Positions 44,001 through 47,404 of a DNA stretch of 47,404 nucleotides are shown here, piece by piece. Source of the stretch: Eubacteriales bacterium (GTDB lineage Bacteria; Bacillota; Clostridia; Oscillospirales; CAG-272); NCBI GenBank assembly GCA_045632105.1, contig JAZQVZ010000053.1:1-47404 (forward strand), written 5' to 3'. The translations under genes were made by a program, and so were the position numbers. Under the pieces are notes generated by a model. It did not search any database. It saw only the letters and a program-made list of their open reading frames with translations, and was not told the DNA's origin. The number at the start of each line of letters is the position of its first letter. The stretch's first letter is position 1.

Positions 44001-45350
44001 ATCAACTATCCCGCAGGCGATGTTCGCATCAAGCTTACCGAGGATATCACTCTTACAAGCGCACTGGTTCTCGACAGTGGAAGCAATGTAACGATCAACC
44101 TTAACGGACATACGCTGACACTCCCGGATACCAATAATTACGGAGTAGCAGTAAAGAACGGCACTCTTATAATCGAGGGAGAGGGCAATGTGGTCGTTCC
44201 AGGATATTACGGATTTGCAACATCCTCTGTTGCCGACACAGGTCACATCGTGATCAATGGCGGAACATTTGTTGGTGCAAATGCTTACTATCTGTTTGGA
44301 TGCTATAACGGAAGCATTACGATCAATGACGGTGACTTTACAGCACTCTACTGTATTCTTAACAACTATGCGAGTGACGATTACGGTAACATTATGAGCG
44401 GTGTTGCAACTGTTAACGGCGGAAGCTTTGAGGTTACAGATACCGATACTTACTACCGTCCGTTCATATTCCTTGGTGACGTAGAGGTTGCAGGCGCTGC
44501 TGATTATAGAGTTCGCACTGCAGAAAACCTTGCAATCGCATTTAAAAACGGCGGTAGAGTAATACTGACAGGTAACATAGTTATTGATGAAGATGCACTT
44601 GCTGTATACATGCCTTATTACTTGGGCATGGATAGCATGGTTATTCCCGCCGGAAAGAGCGTTGAGCTTGATCTTAACGGATATACCATCAGCCACGAGG
44701 CAGAGTGCACCGCAAGCTACGCAATGATCTATAACAAGGGAAGCCTTACAATTAACGATAGCGTTGGAACAGGTAAGATTTCCTTTAACGATACCGGCGT
44801 GGGCGATCCTAATAGAGATTGGGCATCGTACACCATTCATAACACAGGAACTCTCGTAGTAAACGGGGGTACGATCGAGCATTTGGGTCAGCAGACCTAT
44901 AACGCAAACAATGCGATCTTCAGCTATTCCGGAAGCACTACCATCAACGGTGGAAAGATTTTGGCTCAATACAGCAGATCCGTTCGCCTGTGGAAGGGTT
45001 CTTTAACCGTTAACGGCGGTGAATTCGACGGTCAGATCTGGATTCACCCCACAGCTGAGTGTGCGTTGACTATTACAGACGGTTCCTTTATGCCTGCTAC
45101 ATACGGTGGTGACTTCTCCTCCGTGTTTGTAGAAAACGACCGATATGAGGTTGCTCTCTCCATAACAGGCGGCACATTCCAGACTAAGATCGGATGCAGC
45201 AATGCAGATCAGCTGGCAGGTGCGGTAAGCGGCGGCGTATTTACCGTATCGGCAAAGGAAAATACCAATGCTACGCTGATCAACGACGGCTATGAGTTTG
45301 TTTCAAACGAGGACGGAACTTATACGCTGGTTGAAAGAGAATTGCAGTAA
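35094..45350 (+). CDS. Giant (3,418 aa) secreted multi-domain surface protein. It has a Gly-rich N-terminal region, Listeria-Bacteroides repeats, a cohesin-like module, about 15 MBG-like repeats, a dockerin-like module and a C-terminal beta-helix-like domain.
   Basis: Single uninterrupted ORF. ATG at 35094 lies 9 nt after GAGGAGG; the track start at 35076 overlaps the RBS. Signal peptide MKKRIALTAFLALCVAIALSIVPMSVFA|AD. I saw no LPXTG, SLH or C-terminal TM segment. Confidence 0.9.
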   Translation: MKKRIALTAFLALCVAIALSIVPMSVFAADTTGTELVGTKLTASHAGQTLSGDYYVEPGTTLTLRGGTGVSGLKVDTNKTLTIYIPADSILYLYGGAASGTTGAGAGVEVNLGSTLKIIGKGKIYAYGGKAANGSNGANGDAATWGDDSNTYIPDSGYGGAGGGGAGAGIGTKGGAGGSATSWRLGFYGGRSTWTDSFKNKNISGPDGYNGNNGSSASECGKIYISADIAYTATGGAAGTSGGSGGSRGASDYESDDHWMRGLAGGSGGGGGGAGKAGANVGTGGGGGGGGGSGGASGYAWSYQFLGGGGGGGGAGAVGGSGGAWGSDSSISGCKEYWLFGGVERVSTSGSSGGTSTGGSGGKGAKVKITDWSESYWEYPYGGYGGKGGDAGSNCSTTTVQKLYDVTIDVDGEVIGTYLASATEFLPESLEIPTRSGYAFDGFYAGDVEYYDATGARTSAQITADTNISAKFTANSYNFNINSSDGSTGGGAGAGGTVSYDDGITLTTPSREGYLFRGWKVSVTNGSISPDAYYTYASADSMARMARAANLESEDFIHINGSAITGGFEKIGQSVTLYNLSSDPGADINIEEIWVEDSFTVTFKNFDGEILGKQSGQYLDTLRSPMLPNTQNEYFTYTFKYWKCNIDNEYYTSEELPFLGAFLEYESTFGDAVYDGVTFTAVYKISEYKKGIKLDGSLENNNLTSDGKLVLNSGDTNVDVITNFKITNNDGVATMLLIPEYDASAFSIKAISVNGELVYGTGATSKTVLNGFDVIVTGDETAGDTLKILLDNLTPDASTSDEIFIQIVYVMNTAIGGEYNFGFVTKHAETTDEITHGDRSEAYGTYDPDINSQTDAYKFNELKITVDSTAIKVVIRATGEITIAPDQTFVYNGQMMSAADVSEMIANVLQFTYNGFAKKENNTLMIKWYDEQGRELTSAPKNVGTYQIGISAAETTYYTPVAEVRATFTITPYKIYVSAGDQSFEYNGGNVVIGGTTAGDALYTKDAEGNLVPVDAFVNSEIIISGVTLNGTYVNAGTYTDVIQGVLQCIGNGSLDNYTVVYENGNLTITKAENDWTILPGDKTVEYSGNIVGIDNVSANFGEVKIEYLVGYESTANGEIVPIWSETPPTNAGTYPVKVTVTGNDNYSDLLCEVNLIITKKVIYGDGFTFGSIDKIYNGQAQVWTTLEYGSDGQIETDEEIWIIASGSNSEFLQYIRFAGLIYPQDCINAGTYTLQALLNISNPNYTFILDDEEVDTWTCDVEVEIQKRKVIVTTDDQEAIYSGYEPTVGQGQGYVTITLEDGTTPDYLALNFFGGYAYTFAGSEFDANATYYVYYKSEDGGYYQAVTLSAEEFENNKALENPVQYYVIAHVEPSEILTLIKASGVNAGEYELSAILETINGNYEIVEINTAVFTINKQLVPVPSLGILIYNGQTQIPAVPEGYEGVYEFVGGGKNVGVYTLTAVLLDKDNYAWENVTSINVASLPTNRNFTVEIEGRTIILGYADIADYTTINFVLSAGMYAGTTIDSTSDDIVLPWYIDQKTIVLVYPDATENYVYGAFVNDIIDALGDPVWKDGVAPFEGDEWTEIHWLNIDYGIYAYPEVGTHSLVISQGMFNTNYNVLIEGGRVEITEKILTEDEVKSEISTVIKHYTGQTLVLDANGDFVITLFDYNHDSPANAQHVFYVTDVDTLNHINANGWMNDDVFDYYIDEETGKIYVRVTVALTDEVKANYKLEGDVESFTFDVEAYIAKAENEWTHDPEVDASDVQNIKTYASALFGNINDVEFFLDQNCTISVSKEDLHAGTTYYAKFTITDNNNYYGLEAIIDFSVDYIIINMPNVRLDSATGDKAGEGNVVSIFYDGQIHTFYVPTSDAYTVTFRSEGEWKNVGIYTVTIALTDSNAMWRDIYTQRELTYRLQINKKTLVITADNEVITFGDAAPQYTVTANGLVDGETIVGLLGNELASYVSCMYTQGDNVGTYPIELLNEIKDALTNYQITLRNGTLTVNRLVFGYDDITSTDGSTFEDLINNGPSFIYDSEGKEVAVETLPDELEITIVYKDAEGNILTDKPTDAGEYTVEVTVNVKDGYNANNYYIPAGSEIQLTIEKAQMTITVNNQEHDYDGNDHSGKIPFGTYTIVVNNGQNLVGGVTLTISGEYINAGTYADKISATHSYNTNNYEVTIIKGDLTVNKVDNSWDFDLEVGDNLEYGQDSVVDGSYFFSNPRFGDSDVTYTFYELINGSWVRFSGVPTNAGEYYVIASVPGTDNYNELVSGRIEFRIRQAIVTLDGIVFEDSAVIYNGEAHSIVVTPNEYSEFFNISYVGNGRINAGTYSVSATFVLVDQRNYVLDGADTLSAELVIDTVKVTITANNDSSMYGEAINTLTYGIAFEGAEGYDSFYANNIGRIVLTTDATSWSNVGDYNILVNYTSNNNYEVTVNNGTYEITKFIDNDIFDITSSDVNYLMDLIYSANALRGETTIEFTFATSAEGPFTGELPKNVGTYYIKATVPETDNYEGAEAIGSFDITKATLSAITGITYNADTATWNAVVTTTDGKQVDCDVTYLVGGNNLTAPIFTATNTGSFSVIAVAADSANYNDSEAVTLVTVYSVSFADKVENHDKQQNLADMTDAAFATQYRFAGQAATRPDMIPTIVGYTFRAWQLDNADYSFADGVYDNVTLYADWTVNRYTLNFYNEVVSGSGIVNGVFVEGTLSAEFLTSYTVTYGSPFNLTGVHIPTKDADAVYTYVFAYWADALRGTEFDSTIYVYDNMDFYAVYASDAREFTITYMVSIDGGAYMQHGVVTLPYGADLVSLGNVTWFVGDTWYTDADRLVSAPDFVPAGDMTLYGAYVFDIGAGDVNADGTIDTDDIVNYRRFVVGGYNIVMVEAGTEWSLVNSDDFDPSKTYYLVRVSDANRDDSGDIRDITTIRMALTGGYGYIIETNGSVTGESVNTVMNTIAGVKDPEELQSAINYPAGDVRIKLTEDITLTSALVLDSGSNVTINLNGHTLTLPDTNNYGVAVKNGTLIIEGEGNVVVPGYYGFATSSVADTGHIVINGGTFVGANAYYLFGCYNGSITINDGDFTALYCILNNYASDDYGNIMSGVATVNGGSFEVTDTDTYYRPFIFLGDVEVAGAADYRVRTAENLAIAFKNGGRVILTGNIVIDEDALAVYMPYYLGMDSMVIPAGKSVELDLNGYTISHEAECTASYAMIYNKGSLTINDSVGTGKISFNDTGVGDPNRDWASYTIHNTGTLVVNGGTIEHLGQQTYNANNAIFSYSGSTTINGGKILAQYSRSVRLWKGSLTVNGGEFDGQIWIHPTAECALTITDGSFMPATYGGDFSSVFVENDRYEVALSITGGTFQTKIGCSNADQLAGAVSGGVFTVSAKENTNATLINDGYEFVSNEDGTYTLVERELQ
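35886..36062 (+). repeat. Imperfect GGY/GGC trinucleotide tracts encoding poly-Gly runs (G6, G9, G8)
   Basis: ggtggcggtggcggtggc..., ggcggcggtggtggcggcggcggtggc..., ggtggcggcggtggcggcggcggc... This is the most GC-rich, lowest-complexity DNA in the window. Confidence 0.8.
36300..37160 (+). other. Listeria-Bacteroides (InlB B-repeat/Flg_new-type) repeat region, about 4 units
   Basis: Units of the type YDVTIDVDG...PTRSGYAFDGFY...ISAKFTANSY, ...PSREGYLFRGWKV, and FTVTFKNFDG...YTFKYWKC...FTAVYK. Confidence 0.7.
37165..37575 (+). other. Cohesin-like module inside the giant protein
   Basis: VDVITNFKITNNDGVATMLLIPEYDASAFSIKAISVNG...LKILLDNL...IFIQIVYVMNTAIGGEYNFGF follows the pattern of the three downstream cohesin-like modules (N-x-G-x-x-x-[ML]-L-L-x-[LP]-[DE]-Y-D-x-[SN]). 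Confidence 0.45.
37700..42908 (+). repeat. Array of about 15 divergent MBG-like Ig-fold repeats
   Basis: A recurring protein pattern every 90-130 aa: Y[ND]G(Q/E)... then (N/K)(A/V)GTY... then NY... then (G)xLTIxK. Examples: FEYNGGN...NAGTYTD...NYTVVYENGNLTITK; HDYDGND...NAGTYAD...NYEVTIIKGDLTVNK. The repeats are divergent at the DNA level. Confidence 0.65.
42909..43658 (+). other. Second Listeria-Bacteroides repeat region, about 3 units
   Basis: YSVSFADK...GYTFRAWQLDN...VTLYADWTVNRYTLNFYNE...YTYVFAYWAD...FYAVYASDAREFTITYMV...WFVGDTWYTDAD...MTLYGAYVF. Confidence 0.7.
43659..43895 (+). other. Dockerin-like module (two EF-hand-like Ca-binding segments)
   Basis: GDVNADGTIDTDDIVNYRRFVVGG, then about 30 aa, then SDANRDDSGDIRDITTIRMALTGG. 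Compare the dockerin consensus GDVNGDGxVNxxDxxLLxxYL repeated twice. Confidence 0.6.
43950..45347 (+). other. C-terminal parallel beta-helix-like domain (two tandem halves)
   Basis: Periodic motifs: VTINLNGHTLTL...VKNGTLIIEG / VELDLNGYTISH...YNKGSLTIND. The turns INGGTF, VNGGSF, VNGGTI, INGGKI, VNGGEF, ITDGSF, ITGGTF and VSGGVF recur. Confidence 0.5.
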
Positions 45351-45401
45351 TTACTAACTTTAAGTTACAAAACATTATTTAAGAAAGGAGATGCGAAAGC
45401 T

Positions 45402-46103
45402 ATGAAAAAATTAATATCGGTTTTATTAATACTTGGCACGATGCTGATAATTGGCTTCGCATCTCCGGTTGAGATCCTTGCGGCAGAAAAAGGGAACACT
45501 GTCCTCATTATGAAGGGCAGGGTGAACGAGGAAACTCAAGAAATTGAGATCGACGTGACCGTCTCGGAAAATACGGGCGTTTGCAGTATGCTGCTTTCGT
45601 TGGATTACGATACGTCCGTATTTACCCTGACAGATTTGGAATACGGAGATGCGTTATCATCGCTCTCTCCGATCCACACCAATACCGAAACCGACCAAGG
45701 ATTCGGTATATATCCGTTTAAGATCACCTATTTAGGTGAGGCAAACGACACAACAATCGGCCATATGATGACCTTACGCTTCCGCGTTAAGGATAATGCG
45801 CCGGACGGAAGCTACGCGATCACATTGAAGCACGACCGCGATCAAGGAGCTGCTTACCTTGAAAACGGCAAAATTTTGACCAAGAACCTATTGGTTGACA
45901 GTGCCACGATCACGCTTTCGAAAAACAAAATTACCGCGATTGATACATCTGTAAACAATAACGAACAGCCACAGCCTGATCTCAATTCGAATGATTTGTG
46001 GATCCCTATAGTATTAGGATGTGTTGTTCTGTCAGGCGGTTGTTTTGTTCTGATTCCGCTATTGATCAAGCGCAAAAAAATTAAGAAATGGAAGAAAATA
46101 TGA
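45402..46103 (+). CDS. Membrane-anchored single-cohesin protein (signal peptide, cohesin-like domain, linker, C-terminal TM anchor)
   Basis: Signal peptide MKKLISVLLILGTMLIIGFASPVEILA. Cohesin-like IEIDVTVSENTGVCSMLLSLDYDTSVFTL...MTLRFRVKDNAPDGSYAITL. Linker NNNEQPQPDLNSND. TM LWIPIVLGCVVLSGGCFVLIPLL followed by IKRKKIKKWKKI. It starts 51 nt after the giant gene with no terminator in between. RBS AAAGGAG. Confidence 0.75.
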   Translation: MKKLISVLLILGTMLIIGFASPVEILAAEKGNTVLIMKGRVNEETQEIEIDVTVSENTGVCSMLLSLDYDTSVFTLTDLEYGDALSSLSPIHTNTETDQGFGIYPFKITYLGEANDTTIGHMMTLRFRVKDNAPDGSYAITLKHDRDQGAAYLENGKILTKNLLVDSATITLSKNKITAIDTSVNNNEQPQPDLNSNDLWIPIVLGCVVLSGGCFVLIPLLIKRKKIKKWKKI

Positions 46104-47404
46104 CAAGCACTAAACGAAACGGACTTTTCCGTGTGCTTATGCTTGCATGGGCTATTCTATTTGTTCTGCTTTTATTGCCAATTGGAATAATGCAGGTAAG
46201 CGCAGCGGAAAATAATACTGCCGATCTACCGGTGGTTAGAGTTGAAAACAAGACCGTTCATCGCGGTCAAACATTTGAATTGAAAATATATTTGGATCAA
46301 AACCCGGGATTGATTTCTCTAATGCTTGATCTTGAATATGACAAATCGGTAATGGAGCTTGTGGGAATATCACATGGACAAGCATTGGGCTCCCACACAT
46401 TCACTACCACTAATACGGAAATAGAGAATGGATTTTCGATTACACCGTTCTATATGTTATGGGACGGCAGAACGCAGGATAATTCCACAGGTGTTCTTGC
46501 GACTCTTACCTTTAAAAGTAAGGTCGATGCTAAAATTGGAGATTATTCCGTAAACGTCAGCTACGACAAGAAGAATACTAATATCGATTACGGCAAGCCG
46601 TGCGATGTGAAAATTAAAAACGGATGCGTCACATTGATCAAAGGCGCATATAGCGTAAAGTATTTGAATTATGACGGTTCTTTGCTTTACGAAAAGGATT
46701 ACAGTGAAAATGAAGTTCCAAGCTACGTAGGTCCTGCTCCTACACGTCCGACCGACGAATATTATTCTTATAAATTTGAAGGTTGGCAGGGAGTGGTTTC
46801 CGATACTTCGAACATTATCTGCTATGAGGCAAAATACGAGCTGATCCCGCAGATCTATCAGGTGTTCTTCTTTGTTGACGGAGAATACTTTAATGCGTTC
46901 GAGTGTTCTTACGGAGAGGCGGTTGACCTGTCTTTGATACCCTCCAAGAAAAACTTTGTGTTTGACGGTTGGTACACAGATGAGGCATTAACGCAGAAGG
47001 CTACGTTTGCAAAAATGCCTGCTCAGGATCTCAGACTATACGGAACGATGAAATTCAACGTACGCGAAAATCCTGTTCCCGAGATTACGCTTTCCGTCGA
47101 TAGAATGGAAGCGGACCATGCTTACGTTGCGGTAGATGTAACGAAGAACCCCTCGATTTCCGGTTTGGTGCTTACCTTGGACTATGACCGAAACGCATTG
47201 ACGTTTGAAGGCTTTGAACAGGGTAAGGCATTCGACTCGCTGCAGTTTGATTATACAAATACTGATGAAGGATATTCTGCAGAACCGTTTAGATTCTATT
47301 GGGAACACACCGTTAATACGATGGATACGGGCAGGCTGCTGATACTGAAATTCAAGATCAACCATGAGGCGGCAGTCGGAGTCTACAACGTTACAATGAC
47401 GTAT
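46100..47404 (+). CDS. Secreted multi-cohesin protein, 5' part (continues beyond the window; not in the supplied ORF track)
   Basis: ATG at 46100 overlaps the upstream stop (ATGA). My manual translation gives 435 codons with no stop to the window edge. Signal peptide ...LLLLPIGIMQVSA|AE. Cohesin-like FELKIYLDQNPGLISLMLDLEYDKSVMEL...ATLTFKSKV. Two Listeria-Bacteroides repeats (YKFEGWQG, FVFDGWYTDE). Second cohesin-like AYVAVDVTKNPSISGLVLTLDYDRNALTF...LLILKFKINHEA. Confidence 0.8.
   Translation, partial: MTSTKRNGLFRVLMLAWAILFVLLLLPIGIMQVSAAENNTADLPVVRVENKTVHRGQTFELKIYLDQNPGLISLMLDLEYDKSVMELVGISHGQALGSHTFTTTNTEIENGFSITPFYMLWDGRTQDNSTGVLATLTFKSKVDAKIGDYSVNVSYDKKNTNIDYGKPCDVKIKNGCVTLIKGAYSVKYLNYDGSLLYEKDYSENEVPSYVGPAPTRPTDEYYSYKFEGWQGVVSDTSNIICYEAKYELIPQIYQVFFFVDGEYFNAFECSYGEAVDLSLIPSKKNFVFDGWYTDEALTQKATFAKMPAQDLRLYGTMKFNVRENPVPEITLSVDRMEADHAYVAVDVTKNPSISGLVLTLDYDRNALTFEGFEQGKAFDSLQFDYTNTDEGYSAEPFRFYWEHTVNTMDTGRLLILKFKINHEAAVGVYNVTMTY

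Noticed and set aside
39024-44969. Three long minus-strand ORFs (555, 595 and 566 aa) inside the giant gene.
   Set aside because: All three are in register with the sense frame (coordinates congruent modulo 3 with 35076). The sense strand shows clear repeat-domain structure, while the antisense translations are Cys/Val/Ile-rich with no recognisable features.
47036-47365. 109-aa minus-strand ORF near the window end.
   Set aside because: It lies antisense to the open, cohesin-encoding plus-strand frame that starts at 46100.
1-47404. Searched by eye for tRNA, rRNA, transposase, integrase, toxin-antitoxin and phage or defence genes.
   Set aside because: None is recognisable. All long ORFs are accounted for by the annotated genes or their antisense shadows. 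Proper tRNAscan or Infernal runs would be needed to exclude small RNAs formally.

Overview
The window looks like a chromosomal segment from a mid-GC Firmicute, probably a gut-type Clostridia; I infer this only from gene content, sigma-A promoters and GGAGG ribosome-binding sites. I found no rRNA, tRNA, CRISPR, transposase or integrase. Positions 1-7 kb are housekeeping: the recN 3' end, argS, yebC, a MOP-family flippase, a stand-alone rplS, an HtrA-like lipoprotein protease and a small membrane protein. Positions 7-10 kb hold a DUF11/CARDB-like repeat gene whose 5' end is broken by a T7 homopolymer frameshift. They also hold a three-gene operon of unknown role: an aldo/keto reductase fused to 2x[4Fe-4S], an ECF-S-like membrane protein and a DUF1893 protein. 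Positions 10.2-19.7 kb are an enlarged Opp/Dpp-type ABC importer operon, convergent with pepF. It has an 830-aa lipoprotein binding protein, an OppC-like permease with a ~240-aa external loop, and an OppD-like ATPase with a ~370-aa insertion. It also has an OppF-like ATPase with a smaller insertion and a translationally coupled DUF3899 gene. Positions 21.8-32.1 kb are a complete glucuronide/glucuronate locus: araC-type regulator, uxaC, uxuA, SDR uxuB-like, eda and kdgK, divergent from a GPH symporter and a GH2 enzyme with beta-glucuronidase motifs. The most unusual part is 32.2 kb to the window end. A 7TM-sensor LytS-type kinase and a REC-SARP-like response regulator are transcribed divergently from a 10.3-kb gene. 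That gene encodes a 3,418-aa secreted protein with a Gly-rich solenoid-like N-terminus, Listeria-Bacteroides repeats, an internal cohesin-like module and about 15 MBG-like repeats. Its C-terminal part has an internal dockerin-like module and a beta-helix-like domain, and it has no conventional wall anchor. It is followed, with no terminator, by a membrane-anchored single-cohesin protein. A third gene, absent from the ORF track because it runs off the window, has at least two more cohesin-like modules. I read this as a non-cellulosomal cohesin-dockerin surface-assembly system, probably controlled by the adjacent two-component system. All domain calls come from reading motifs in the translations and need HMM or structure confirmation.
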